Origin: an uncultured bacterium | GTDB taxonomy: Bacteria; Cyanobacteriota; Vampirovibrionia; Gastranaerophilales; Gastranaerophilaceae | Direction: 5' to 3' | Length of the DNA stretch: 36,676 nt | Assembly (NCBI GenBank): GCA_900553205.1 | Contig: USCK01000001.1 | Span: 1-36,676, forward strand | Shown here: positions 8,959 to 18,352 of the stretch, in pieces | How positions within the stretch are numbered: position 1 is the stretch's first letter | How the letters are laid out: every line of letters starts with the position of its first letter | Notes under the pieces: model-generated | What the model saw: the letters and a program-made list of their open reading frames with translations, nothing else | Told to the model about the DNA's origin: nothing | The model's database searches: none | Program-made: the position numbers and the translations under genes

Positions 8959-9831
8959 TTGAACAACCGAAATATAAAATTAGCTAAATTTGCAGGGTTT
9001 TGTTACGGAGTAAAACGTGCAGTTGAAACTGTTAAGAAATTAAAAGCAGATAACCCTGATAAAAATATTTGCATACTTGGTGAGTTAATCCATAACACGC
9101 AAGTTATTGAAGAGCTTGATAAAATGGGGATTAAAACTCTTGATGAGCTTCCTGAACATGGTGACGGGATTTGTGTTATCAGAAGTCATGGTGCTTCACC
9201 TAAAGTGTTTGAAGATATTAAAAAAGCAGGATTTGAAATCGTTGATTTAACTTGTTTAGATGTTAAAAAAGTTCAGCAAAAAGCTATAGAACTTGCTAAA
9301 GATGGATATTTTCTTGTAATTGTCGGTAAATCTGAACACCCGGAAGTTGTTGCAATCAAAGCGAATGCTGAGTTATGGAGTCAAAATGTTGTAGTTGCAA
9401 GTCAGCCTGAACAGTTAGAAGAATACAAAGATCAGATTAAAAAACACAAAAAAATCGGTGTGGTTGTTCAAACAACTCAAAGGGTAGATAACTTGAGAGC
9501 GATAGTCGATTATCTAACCCCTATATCAAAAGAATTGCATATTGCAAATACTATTTGTTCAAGTACATCAATGCGTCAAAAAGAGGCAAAATCTCTTGCA
9601 GAAGAAAGTGATTTGATGATAGTAGTTGGTTCTAAAAAAAGTGCCAATACAACACACCTTGCAGAGATTTTAAAAGATAATTGTAAAACAATTCACATCG
9701 AAAATGATAGTGAATTAGAAAATTATAAGGATTTGATAGACAATGCCAAAGATATAGCTATTACGGCAGGTGCATCAACTCCTCAATCTGTAATTGAAAA
9801 AGTTGTAAATGAAATAAAAGGAGGAATATAA
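8959..9831 (+). CDS. ispH: 4-hydroxy-3-methylbut-2-enyl diphosphate reductase
   Basis: 'GFCYGVKRAV', 'LGELIHNTQV' and 'GSKKSANTTHL' blocks are typical of IspH/LytB. The only in-frame start is the TTG at 8959. Confidence 0.9.
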   Translation: MNNRNIKLAKFAGFCYGVKRAVETVKKLKADNPDKNICILGELIHNTQVIEELDKMGIKTLDELPEHGDGICVIRSHGASPKVFEDIKKAGFEIVDLTCLDVKKVQQKAIELAKDGYFLVIVGKSEHPEVVAIKANAELWSQNVVVASQPEQLEEYKDQIKKHKKIGVVVQTTQRVDNLRAIVDYLTPISKELHIANTICSSTSMRQKEAKSLAEESDLMIVVGSKKSANTTHLAEILKDNCKTIHIENDSELENYKDLIDNAKDIAITAGASTPQSVIEKVVNEIKGGI

Positions 9832-9832
9832 T

Positions 9833-10894
9833 ATGACAGCAACATTAGAAAAGTCTATGGACGAATTTGAAACATTGCTAGAAGAATCTTTTTCTAAATC
9901 TTATGCAGTAGCTGATATCGTAGAAGGTACTGTTATGAAAAAAGAATCTGATGGCTATTTAGTAAGCGTGAAAGGTGCTAAAATGGAAGCTTTCTTATCA
10001 AACAAAGAATTGTCTTCTGATGAACCTGAACTAGAAATCGGAGATGTAAAAGAATTTTACGTTCTTAAAGAAGAAAACGATGAAGATTCAATGTTATTAT
10101 CATTGAAAAGAATCGCATTTGCTCAAGCTTGGGCTCAACTTAACGATGCAAAAATTCAAGGTGATACAATCCTTGCAAAAGTTGTTTCTACAGTTAAGGG
10201 TGGTGTTCTTGTTGATGTTGCAGATTTGAAAGGCTTTATCCCTTCATCTCAATTAAGAACCGGTACTCCATTTGAAGGTTTAATCGACCAAAAAATCGAA
10301 GTTAAAGTTCTTGAAGCAGATCCTAAGAAAAACAAACTTATTCTTTCTCAACGTCAAGCAGTTGCAGAACAAAGAGATCAAGTTGTTGATAATGTATTAG
10401 CTTCTTTAGAAGAAGATTCAGTAGTTAAAGGTACTGTTGTAAGAATTACAGACTTTGGTGCTTTCGTTGATATCAACGGTATTGATGGTTTGTTACCAAT
10501 TTCTGAAATTTCTTGGCAAAGAATTAAACACCCTTCAGATGTTATCACTTTAGGTGACGAAATCGAAGTTAAAATTATCAAAATTGATACAGAATTAAAG
10601 AGAATTTCTTTAAGCTTAAAGAGAATGGGCGAAAATCCTTGGCAACAAATTGAAGGTCAATTTGAAGAAGGTCAAGTTGTTAAAGGTACTGTAAATAAAA
10701 TCACTACTTTCGGTGCTTTCATCAACATCTTCCCAGGAGTTGAAGCTTTATTACCAGTTTCTGAAATGAGCAATGAAAATGTTAATCCATTCAACATGTT
10801 CAAAGTAGGTGATGAAATCGAAGTTCTTATTAAGAGATTCACTCCAAAAGAACACAGAATCGCTTTGAGCGTAAAAGATATTCCTAACGCATAG
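9833..10894 (+). CDS. rpsA: 30S ribosomal protein S1 (four S1 domains)
   Basis: Four repeats of the S1 fold signature (e.g. 'VKGTVVRITDFGAFVDI', 'VKGTVNKITTFGAFINI'). A GGAGG lies 7 nt upstream. It sits directly after ispH, a common pairing. Confidence 0.9.
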   Translation: MTATLEKSMDEFETLLEESFSKSYAVADIVEGTVMKKESDGYLVSVKGAKMEAFLSNKELSSDEPELEIGDVKEFYVLKEENDEDSMLLSLKRIAFAQAWAQLNDAKIQGDTILAKVVSTVKGGVLVDVADLKGFIPSSQLRTGTPFEGLIDQKIEVKVLEADPKKNKLILSQRQAVAEQRDQVVDNVLASLEEDSVVKGTVVRITDFGAFVDINGIDGLLPISEISWQRIKHPSDVITLGDEIEVKIIKIDTELKRISLSLKRMGENPWQQIEGQFEEGQVVKGTVNKITTFGAFINIFPGVEALLPVSEMSNENVNPFNMFKVGDEIEVLIKRFTPKEHRIALSVKDIPNA

Positions 10895-10917
10895 TCAATA
10901 AGGAATTTTCAATAATT

Positions 10918-10953
10918 AAAGAGGGATTTTTGATTTTCAAAAATCCCTCTTTT
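10918..10953 (+). terminator. Intrinsic terminator after rpsA
   Basis: aaagagggattttt-gattttc-aaaaatccctcttt followed by T residues. Confidence 0.7.
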
Positions 10954-11024
10954 ACATTTATTCTATTTTGATGTAGTATAAGGTTAAGTTAACGGGAAGT
11001 AAATTATTAAGGAGAGATTTGAAT

Positions 11025-12395
11025 ATGGAACGTCAAAGACCTAAAGAACAAGATAAAATTCAACGTAGAAGTAATTTTGATGCAGTTGAAGAAAACTTTA
11101 CCAAAGAACAAGCTCTTGCTGAAGCTTCAAGATGTCTAAATTGTAAAAATCCAAGATGTGTAAAGGGTTGTCCTGTAAATATTCAAATTCCTCAATTTAT
11201 ACATGAATTAAAAGAAGGTAATCTTGATAAAGCCGGTGAAGTTATTCGTCAAACAAGTATGTTACCTTCAGTTTGTGGTCGTGTTTGTCCTCAAGAAAGA
11301 CAATGCGAAGGTCAATGTGTTTTGGGTATCAAGGGTGATGCTGTTGCTATCGGTGCTTTAGAAAGATATGTTGGTGACAACACAAGACCTGCAAAAGCAG
11401 AAATTAAACCTTCAGGCAAAAAAGTTGCCGTTATTGGTTCAGGTTGTGCAGGTATTACTGCTGCAGCTGATTTAAGAAAAGCAGGTCATGAAGTTGTTGT
11501 ATTTGAAGCACTTCACCAATTCGGTGGTGTGTTAAGATATGGTATTCCACCATTCAGACTTCCTCGTGTAGTATTGGATAGAGAAATTACATCACTAAAA
11601 GAAATGGGTGTTGAGTTTCACAAAAATGTTATTGTTGGTAAGTCAATCACTATTAAACAACTTGAAGAAGACGGTTTTGATGCAATATTCATTTGCTCAG
11701 GTGCCGGACTACCAAAAATGATGAATATTAAAGGTGAAAACTTGAACGGTGTATTCTCTGCAAACGAATTCTTAACTCGTGTAAACCTTATGCACGCAAA
11801 CGATGAACAAGCACCTACACCTCTAAGAGTTGGTAAAAAAGTTGCCGTAATAGGTGGTGGTAATGTTGCGATGGATGCAGCAAGAACTGCTGTTCGTGTC
11901 GGATTTGAAGAAGTTTATATCGTATATAGACGTACTGAAAAAGAACTTCCTGCTCGTCTTGAAGAAATCAGACACGCAAAAGAAGAAGGCGTTGTATTCA
12001 AATTCCTTCATGCACCTTCTGAAATCATAAATAACGAAGGTTATGTTGGTGGTATGAAGTTTGAAATAATGGAACTTGGAGAACCTGATGAATCCGGCAG
12101 ATGCAAACCTATCGGTACAGGCAAGTTTGAAACATTTGATGTTGATACAGTAATCGTTGCTCTTGGTACAGGCCCTAACCCTATTATTCAAAAGACATCT
12201 GCTGCTGATGGTATAGATTTTGAAACAGATAGACGTGGATATTTCACAGTTGATGAAGAAACAAGACAAACTTCAATCCCTACAATATATGCTGGTGGTG
12301 ATGTTGCTCCTGTTGGAACTTCAAACGCAATCAATGCTATGGGTGCAGGTAAAAAGGCGGCTAAAGCAATTAATGAATATTTGGCAACAAAATAA
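11025..12395 (+). CDS. gltA: NADPH-dependent glutamate synthase, small/homotetrameric type (GltD/GltA-like Fe-S flavoprotein)
   Basis: N-terminal Fe-S cluster motifs 'CLNCKNPRCVKGCPV' and 'CGRVCPQERQCEGQC'. There are two dinucleotide-binding folds, 'VAVIGSGCAGITAA' and 'VAVIGGGNVAMDAART'. AAGGAGAG lies 8 nt before the ATG at 11025. Confidence 0.8.
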   Translation: MERQRPKEQDKIQRRSNFDAVEENFTKEQALAEASRCLNCKNPRCVKGCPVNIQIPQFIHELKEGNLDKAGEVIRQTSMLPSVCGRVCPQERQCEGQCVLGIKGDAVAIGALERYVGDNTRPAKAEIKPSGKKVAVIGSGCAGITAAADLRKAGHEVVVFEALHQFGGVLRYGIPPFRLPRVVLDREITSLKEMGVEFHKNVIVGKSITIKQLEEDGFDAIFICSGAGLPKMMNIKGENLNGVFSANEFLTRVNLMHANDEQAPTPLRVGKKVAVIGGGNVAMDAARTAVRVGFEEVYIVYRRTEKELPARLEEIRHAKEEGVVFKFLHAPSEIINNEGYVGGMKFEIMELGEPDESGRCKPIGTGKFETFDVDTVIVALGTGPNPIIQKTSAADGIDFETDRRGYFTVDEETRQTSIPTIYAGGDVAPVGTSNAINAMGAGKKAAKAINEYLATK

Positions 12396-13344
12396 TTTCA
12401 AAAAATTAATAATAATAGCAATAATACAGGCAATAACTTTTATGCCTGTATTTGCTATTGATTTGGATTATACGGTTGATGATGCTATTCGGAAAAATTA
12501 TAAAGTTGAACAAGGACCAAATACAAATCCTGTAGTTACTCCTGTTCCAAAAACTGTTACACCAACATCAGTTCAACAACCTAAAAAGTCATCGTCTGAA
12601 TCAATGCCTAAATTACCTGCATTGCCTAAAACAATGACTCAGGCAAAACCTACACAAGCAAAAACTGTTCAAACAGTAAATAAAACAACAGTTAAACAAC
12701 CTATACAAAACATATCTCGTTCTGCGATTGCAAGAACAACTCAACAAACTTATACTTGTATTCCTTTGAGAAAAGGTACAGAGATAGAGATTTCTAATAT
12801 TAATGCTATATCTGACAAGCAAAAAGTCGGAACTAATATTGTTTTTGTTTCGGATAAACCTGTCAAAACTCCATATTATACAATTCCTCAGGGTACAAAG
12901 TTTGTCGGTAAAATTGTAGAATCTCATAACCCACAGATTATAGGCAATGGTGGGCTTGTATCAATAGAGGTTGTAACAATTATCCTTGCGAATCAGTATC
13001 AACACATTGATACCAGAATTACAAAGATAAATGATAAAAGAATATTTTTTGAAGATATAAAAGGCAAACATTCTTATTGGCGCAACACCATTAATAAAGG
13101 TAAATGGGGAAGAAATACATATAAGAAGATGAAGAAGCTTTCTTCTAACCTTGCTAAAGATAAAACAACAGTTATACTTTCACCGTTCACATTTGTATAT
13201 GGTGTCGCTTTAGGTGGTATAAGTACGGTATCATCACCAGTTGTATCAATATTCTGCAAGGGTGGTTCAGTAAATCTTCCTGTTGGTACAAAATTTGTTA
13301 TCAAATTTGAAAAAGATGCAAAGGTGAGAGTAAGTAACAGTTAA
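12373..13344 (+). CDS. Secreted hypothetical protein with P/T/Q-rich linker
   Basis: The tracked ORF starts inside gltA. The ATG at 12373 gives 'MNIWQQNNFKKLIIIAIIQAITFMPVFA', a signal-peptide-like N-terminus. A Pro/Thr/Gln/Lys-rich stretch and a beta-rich C-terminal domain follow. Confidence 0.5.
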   Translation: MNIWQQNNFKKLIIIAIIQAITFMPVFAIDLDYTVDDAIRKNYKVEQGPNTNPVVTPVPKTVTPTSVQQPKKSSSESMPKLPALPKTMTQAKPTQAKTVQTVNKTTVKQPIQNISRSAIARTTQQTYTCIPLRKGTEIEISNINAISDKQKVGTNIVFVSDKPVKTPYYTIPQGTKFVGKIVESHNPQIIGNGGLVSIEVVTIILANQYQHIDTRITKINDKRIFFEDIKGKHSYWRNTINKGKWGRNTYKKMKKLSSNLAKDKTTVILSPFTFVYGVALGGISTVSSPVVSIFCKGGSVNLPVGTKFVIKFEKDAKVRVSNS

Positions 13345-13360
13345 ACCCCCTTTTCATCTG

Positions 13361-13831
13361 TTATTTATGATATGTTTCGTTATTAGAAATTTTAAATGCT
13401 CGATATATTTGTTCAAGCAAAATAAGTCTTGTAAACTGATGAATAAATGTCATTTTTGATAGACTTAGTTTTAGGTTTGACATATTGCGAACTTTTTGTG
13501 ACAACCCACAAGATGAGCCAATTATAAAAACGATTTCTGAAACACCTGAGTTTGTTATTTGTTCAAGTTTTTTTGAAAAATCAACGGAATCAAATTGTTT
13601 TCCTTCGATTTCTAAGGTGATTATAAAACTTGAAGGCTTTATATGCGAGATGATTTTTTCGGCTTCGGCATCAAGTACTTTGTCTATCAGGTTTTCATCT
13701 TTTATCTCGATAGGTGTAAGTTCTATTATTTCTAACGGTGTGTAAGGGCGTAACCTCTTGAGGTATTCGTCTATACCGGCTTTTAGATATTTCTCTTTGA
13801 TTTTACCTAATGCGATAATTTTTATTTTCAT
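13361..13831 (-). CDS. rlmH: 23S rRNA (pseudouridine1915-N3)-methyltransferase RlmH
   Basis: 156 aa. 'MKIKIIALGKIKEKYLKAGIDEYLKRL' and the C-terminal 'IIGSSCGLS ... SLSKMTFIHQ' are the SPOUT RlmH pattern. Confidence 0.9.
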   Translation of the reverse strand: MKIKIIALGKIKEKYLKAGIDEYLKRLRPYTPLEIIELTPIEIKDENLIDKVLDAEAEKIISHIKPSSFIITLEIEGKQFDSVDFSKKLEQITNSGVSEIVFIIGSSCGLSQKVRNMSNLKLSLSKMTFIHQFTRLILLEQIYRAFKISNNETYHK

Positions 13832-13916
13832 ATTCTAATAATACCACCTAATTACTCAACAAGGGAATGAAATAATCAATTAAGAAGTTTATTTTTTATA
13901 TCGGGGGATTTTATAG

Positions 13917-14474
13917 ATGAAAAAACTTCTTTCAATTTTCGCAATTCTAATGCTGACTGCTCCTGTTTCATTCGGTGCAGGAGATTTTTTCAGATTTGAT
14001 AATCCGATGATGGGAAATAATCGTTGGTATAGGAATAGTATGGATAGAGAAATCAATTCTACTATTAATGAGATGAATAGGCAAAATTGGTCAAATCCTT
14101 ATGATATGTATAACAACCCTGTTTCTAAGATTTTCAGAAAGAATAATTATTCAAAAAATTCCGTAAAAGATTCTGATATAGAATATCTTTTATCCAAAAT
14201 GGAAAGAAACAGTTTCGGGCAAACATATAATACTTTGGGGATAGAAAATCGTCTTGACAGGCTTGAGGCTCAGATGTTCGGTGCTATTCAGTCAGGGGAT
14301 TACAAGAGCCGTTTGAACCGACTCAGACACGCTTATTCTGCAGAAGCAACAAGAGATTATAAAGCAAAAGGGAAAAAGGTAAATCGTTTTAAGGAGTTTT
14401 TCTCTACCGGGTATCCGACAAGTTTGCCTGCTGATGAAGATTATTATTCGTCGCTTAGAAATGGGGTTTATTAA
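13917..14474 (+). CDS. Secreted hypothetical protein
   Basis: Signal peptide 'MKKLLSIFAILMLTAPVSFGA', followed by an N/R/Y/M-rich polar protein with no recognised family. Confidence 0.5.
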   Translation: MKKLLSIFAILMLTAPVSFGAGDFFRFDNPMMGNNRWYRNSMDREINSTINEMNRQNWSNPYDMYNNPVSKIFRKNNYSKNSVKDSDIEYLLSKMERNSFGQTYNTLGIENRLDRLEAQMFGAIQSGDYKSRLNRLRHAYSAEATRDYKAKGKKVNRFKEFFSTGYPTSLPADEDYYSSLRNGVY

Positions 14475-14480
14475 TAAAAA

Positions 14481-14502
14481 GAGGAGAAATTTCTTTCTCC
14501 TC
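14481..14502 (-). terminator. Intrinsic terminator after trpB
   Basis: gaggagaaa-tttc-tttctcctc. On the minus strand the stem is followed by TTTTT. Confidence 0.55.
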
Positions 14503-14529
14503 AATTAATAATGTGTTGTGTTCTATTAT

Positions 14530-15726
14530 CTATAAAGAGTAATTTTCTAATACAAATTCTATGTCCTTATCTCCACGACCGGAAAGGTTTACAAGAATTT
14601 TGTCATTAGGATTTTGTTGTGCAAGTTTGAGCGCATAAGCCACTGCGTGAGAACTTTCCAGAGCAGGGATAATACCTTCTAATCTTGAAAGCTCATAGAA
14701 TGCAGAAATTGCTTCTTTATCATTAATAGTTACATAGCTTACACGCCCTGTATCGTGCAGATAACAATGCTTTGGACCAACTCCGGGGTAATCTAAGCCA
14801 CTTGCAACAGAATATGCGTTTGCAGGATTACCTTCGCTATCTTGTAATAACAGGCATTTGAACCCATGTATGATACCTTCTTTGCCATAAGTTATACTTG
14901 CTGCATTTTCTCCGACTTTTTCACCTTTTCCCATTGGTTCTACACCATAGATTTTTACATTTTTCTCGTTTAAAAATCCGTTAAAAATACCGATAGCGTT
15001 TGAGCCTCCACCAACACAAGCAACAACATGGTCAGGCATATCTCCTGTCATCTCTAGGATTTGTCTGTGTGCTTCTTTGCCGACTACGGTTTGGAAATGT
15101 TCAACAATCATTGGGAATGGATGTGGGCCAACAACAGAACCTATTGTGTATAATGCTGTTTCGTATTCTTTTGAGTATGCAATAAATGCTTCATCTACAG
15201 CTTCTTTTAGGGTCATTGTTCCACTTTTTACAGATACAACATTTGCCCCTAATATTTTCATTCTCTCAACATTAGGTTTTGCTTTTTGGATATCTGTTTC
15301 GCCCATATAGATATCACATTCAAGCCCCAACAAGGCTGCTGCTGTTGCAGTAGCTACACCATGTTGCCCTGCACCTGTTTCTGCAATAATTTTTGTTTTT
15401 CCCATTCTTTTTGCAAGCAGGGCTTCACCAAGGCAGTGATTAATTTTGTGTGCGCCTGTATGATTCAGGTCTTCTCGTTTTAGATAAATCTCTGCACCGT
15501 ATTTTTCTGATAGGTTTTTTGCGAAATATACAGGGCTTGGGCGTCCAACATAATATTTTAATAAATCGTTTAGTTCTTGGTTGAAGATAACATCATCTTT
15601 AAGCTTCATAAAACATTCTGTTATTTTTTTAAATTCGGCTTTTAGTCCTTCAGGCAAATATTGTCCACCGTAATTGCCGAAAAATCCTTCTTGAGTAGGT
15701 AAAATGTTGTTAATTGTTGTTTCCAT
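14530..15726 (-). CDS. trpB: Tryptophan synthase beta chain
   Basis: '[11 protein letters not shown]', the PLP-lysine block 'HTGAHKINH', 'GGGSNAIG' and 'SGRGDKD'. No trpA is adjacent on either side. Confidence 0.95.
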   Translation of the reverse strand: METTINNILPTQEGFFGNYGGQYLPEGLKAEFKKITECFMKLKDDVIFNQELNDLLKYYVGRPSPVYFAKNLSEKYGAEIYLKREDLNHTGAHKINHCLGEALLAKRMGKTKIIAETGAGQHGVATATAAALLGLECDIYMGETDIQKAKPNVERMKILGANVVSVKSGTMTLKEAVDEAFIAYSKEYETALYTIGSVVGPHPFPMIVEHFQTVVGKEAHRQILEMTGDMPDHVVACVGGGSNAIGIFNGFLNEKNVKIYGVEPMGKGEKVGENAASITYGKEGIIHGFKCLLLQDSEGNPANAYSVASGLDYPGVGPKHCYLHDTGRVSYVTINDKEAISAFYELSRLEGIIPALESSHAVAYALKLAQQNPNDKILVNLSGRGDKDIEFVLENYSL

Positions 15727-15997
15727 AATTAGAATCCTCCATAAAATGCTTTGTTATAACCGAGTGCTTATCCTTGAGAATTTTAGAACCTCTGGTAACT
15801 TTGCAAAGACTTACATTTAGTTCTTTAACAATGTCCCGTTGGGTTCTGCCTTCTGCTAACATAGACAGGATTCGCCATCGTTTTGACAAAGCCGACATTT
15901 CGGATTCGGAAAGCATTTCGTTTAGAAACGCTTGAACTTCTTCTTGCGAATTTAGACTAATAATAAAATTGGTAATTTCTTCAATGTTACTGTTCAT
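15710..15997 (-). CDS. TrpR-like regulator, YerC/YecD family
   Basis: '[57 protein letters not shown]' matches the TrpR/YerC helix-turn-helix layout. I prefer the ATG at 15997; the tracked start at 16042 adds a hydrophobic 15-aa extension. The 3' end overlaps trpB by 17 nt. Confidence 0.75.
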   Translation of the reverse strand: MNSNIEEITNFIISLNSQEEVQAFLNEMLSESEMSALSKRWRILSMLAEGRTQRDIVKELNVSLCKVTRGSKILKDKHSVITKHFMEDSNYGNNN

Positions 15998-16020
15998 AGA
16001 AACAAAAATATTATAAACAA

Positions 16021-16042
16021 ATGTTACTGTCAATAGTAACAT
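16021..16042. promoter_or_regulatory. Candidate operator palindrome upstream of the trpR-like/trpB pair
   Basis: Perfect inverted repeat ATGTTACT-gtcaat-AGTAACAT. On the minus strand a TTGACA hexamer (16033-16028) lies in its centre. Confidence 0.35.
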
Positions 16043-16180
16043 AGTTAAATTGTTAAAAAATTTTTACAAGAATCTTTTAAAACACCATGAGCACTTGCAT
16101 GGAAAAATTTTAGAGGTAAAATAAAAGAAGTCGAAAATAAATTGTCCAAGTTTGGAATCTTGGATAGAAAGAAGGTAATC

Positions 16181-16381
16181 ATGAAAAAAGGAATACATCC
16201 TGATTATAAAAAAACTGTTATCAAATGTGTTTGTGGTAACGAAATAGAAACAGCATCTGTTGCAGAAAACATCACAGTTGAAATTTGCAACAACTGCCAC
16301 CCTTTCTATACAGGTCAACAAAAAATTCTTGACTCAGAAGGTAGAGTTGAAAGATTCAAAAAACGTTACGGACAAAAATAG
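16181..16381 (+). CDS. rpmE: 50S ribosomal protein L31 (Zn-ribbon type)
   Basis: 'MKKGIHPDY...' with 'CVCG' and '[10 protein letters not shown]'. The tracked TTG at 16142 is an upstream extension. Confidence 0.95.
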   Translation: MKKGIHPDYKKTVIKCVCGNEIETASVAENITVEICNNCHPFYTGQQKILDSEGRVERFKKRYGQK

Positions 16382-16410
16382 TAACAGTTTAATGTTAAGA
16401 TTTTACAGAA

Positions 16411-16441
16411 AAGAGATTGGTTTTTATCAGTCTCTTTTTTA
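16411..16441 (+). terminator. Intrinsic terminator after rpmE
   Basis: aagagattg-loop-cagtctctt followed by TTTTT. Confidence 0.6.
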
Positions 16442-16554
16442 TTATATAAAGTTTTATAATAGTTCTTTAAGTATAAATAACAATTTTACATTCACCCTCT
16501 CTCTATGTTAGAATTAATCAAGGAGTATAATTATTTATAAAAAAGGGAGAGGGT

Positions 16555-17271
16555 ATGACTCATAATAATAAACCGGAAGTCAGACTTATTGCAAAGCCTG
16601 ATAATCTTTTGAGAACAATATACACAGCTTGTAGAACTTGTTATAGCGCAGATTCTCCGTTAAATATTTTTGACTGTGATGCTGATGACGAAAAGATGTT
16701 AAAACTTATATCTCGAGTAGTTTCTTCCGGACATTATTCTACAATAGAACATATACAAGTTAGTTTTGCTATCTCAAATGTATCAAGAGCATGCACTCAC
16801 CAACTTGTAAGACATCGTCACATGTCTTTTTCTCAAAAATCTCAAAGATATGTGAAAGAAAAAGGACAATTTGATTATATTATTCCACCGACTATTGAAC
16901 GTAATCCTGAATTGAAACAAAAATTTGAAGAGTTTATGCAAGATATCTCAAATAAATATCTTGAGTTTACAGAAGCAGGGATTCCTGCAGAAGATGCGCG
17001 TTTTGTTCTTCCAAACGCAACAGCAAGTTCAATGGTTGCATCACTAAACCTTAGAGAGCTTATTCACTTGGCTAATTTGAGATTATGCACAAGAGCCCAA
17101 TACGAAATCCGTTTATTGGTAAAAGGTATGTGTGATGAACTTGTTAAGCAAGAGCCTTGGCTAAAAGATTATCTTGTTCCAAAATGCGAGCGTTTAGGTT
17201 TTTGTGACGAGGACAAATGTTGTGGCAGAATGCCTAAAAAAGAGGAAGCTATAAATGGGGGTGCCAAATAA
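16555..17271 (+). CDS. thyX: FAD-dependent thymidylate synthase ThyX
   Basis: ThyX signature 'RHRHMSFSQKSQRY' (RHRxxSxxxxSxR). Confidence 0.95.
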   Translation: MTHNNKPEVRLIAKPDNLLRTIYTACRTCYSADSPLNIFDCDADDEKMLKLISRVVSSGHYSTIEHIQVSFAISNVSRACTHQLVRHRHMSFSQKSQRYVKEKGQFDYIIPPTIERNPELKQKFEEFMQDISNKYLEFTEAGIPAEDARFVLPNATASSMVASLNLRELIHLANLRLCTRAQYEIRLLVKGMCDELVKQEPWLKDYLVPKCERLGFCDEDKCCGRMPKKEEAINGGAK

Positions 17272-18352
17272 ACAATACAGACCCTATATACTAATGACAA
17301 TCGCAGGTGTAATGTTTGCTATATGCCTGTTTGTTTTCAAGCCTGTTATAAAAATGGCTGAGTTATATACTCTTTTTGCAAGGGTTCAGCCTGACACATT
17401 GAAGCCTATACTTGATTTTGGGGCAGAGCATTTTGTTTTGTCAAATGTTGTTCCTGCGATTCCAAGTCTTGAGCTTGCAAATCTTCCACTGATTGCTGAT
17501 ATCGGGCTATGTGGACTGATAGTATTTCTTACAACGTTTGTATCTATTGTTATTCCTAATATTTTTATAGATTTTTCTTTAGGATTAATTATGATATTTG
17601 GTTATTGTCTGTTTTGTGTTACAACAAGCCGTTTTGCACATATATGGATTCCGATTGTATGGCCTGTTTTGATACAAACTTTTGTACTATCAATTTTGAC
17701 AACTGTAAAAACTGCGATGAAACAGACAAAACTAATCAATAATGTTAAATTATTTGGTTACGATATAAACCAATTTCCAAATTCAATACCTTTTATCAAA
17801 AACATTATTCAACAACCTAGAAAAACTGATATTACACTATGTTGTTTCAAACTTCGTGTTGCTCAACTTTATTTAGATGATACTTCAGCAAAAGAGATTG
17901 TTAGCAAGATAAACGAAGTGTTCAAGATAGTTATAGATGGTGTTCTAAAGCATGACGGAATCCTTGATAAAACCAGTAATAATACAATTATAGCGTATTG
18001 GTTGGGTGAGAATAACGCAATTAATGCAATAAAAGCAGTTAATGAAATAAACAGTTTGGTTAAATCAGATAATATAAAAATCTCTTGTGGTATGGATACA
18101 GAATATTCTATATTCGCAATTCTTGGTTCTGAAAATTTTGCTAATTATACTGTTTTGGGCAATATCTCTGATATCGCTGCAAGGCTTGAAAATGCTTGTA
18201 TTTTTCACAGTACAAAACTGTTGATTTCAGAAAATACGATTAATTGTGTTCAAAACAAAGTGACTGCCAAACGGAAAGGCAGTATAAGTGTTCATAGTGT
18301 GAATCCACAACTTAATTTTTATGAGTTTGAGGGGTTTGTAGAAAATGATTAA
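17255..18352 (+). CDS. Polytopic membrane protein with C-terminal degenerate class III nucleotidyl-cyclase-like domain
   Basis: About 5 hydrophobic segments in the first 160 aa. The C-terminus follows the cyclase homology layout ('ITLCCFKLRV..', 'HDGILDKTSNNTIIAYW', 'ISCGMDTEYSIFAILGS..ANYTVLGNISDIAARLEN'). The usual metal-binding Asp positions (F-x-D-I, G-D) read F-K-L-R and N-N. Confidence 0.45.
   Translation: MGVPNKQYRPYILMTIAGVMFAICLFVFKPVIKMAELYTLFARVQPDTLKPILDFGAEHFVLSNVVPAIPSLELANLPLIADIGLCGLIVFLTTFVSIVIPNIFIDFSLGLIMIFGYCLFCVTTSRFAHIWIPIVWPVLIQTFVLSILTTVKTAMKQTKLINNVKLFGYDINQFPNSIPFIKNIIQQPRKTDITLCCFKLRVAQLYLDDTSAKEIVSKINEVFKIVIDGVLKHDGILDKTSNNTIIAYWLGENNAINAIKAVNEINSLVKSDNIKISCGMDTEYSIFAILGSENFANYTVLGNISDIAARLENACIFHSTKLLISENTINCVQNKVTAKRKGSISVHSVNPQLNFYEFEGFVEND

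Noticed and set aside
12220-12372. 5' extension of the secreted-protein ORF into gltA
   Set aside because: It overlaps the gltA-like coding region in another frame for about 150 nt. The ATG at 12373 gives a proper signal peptide.
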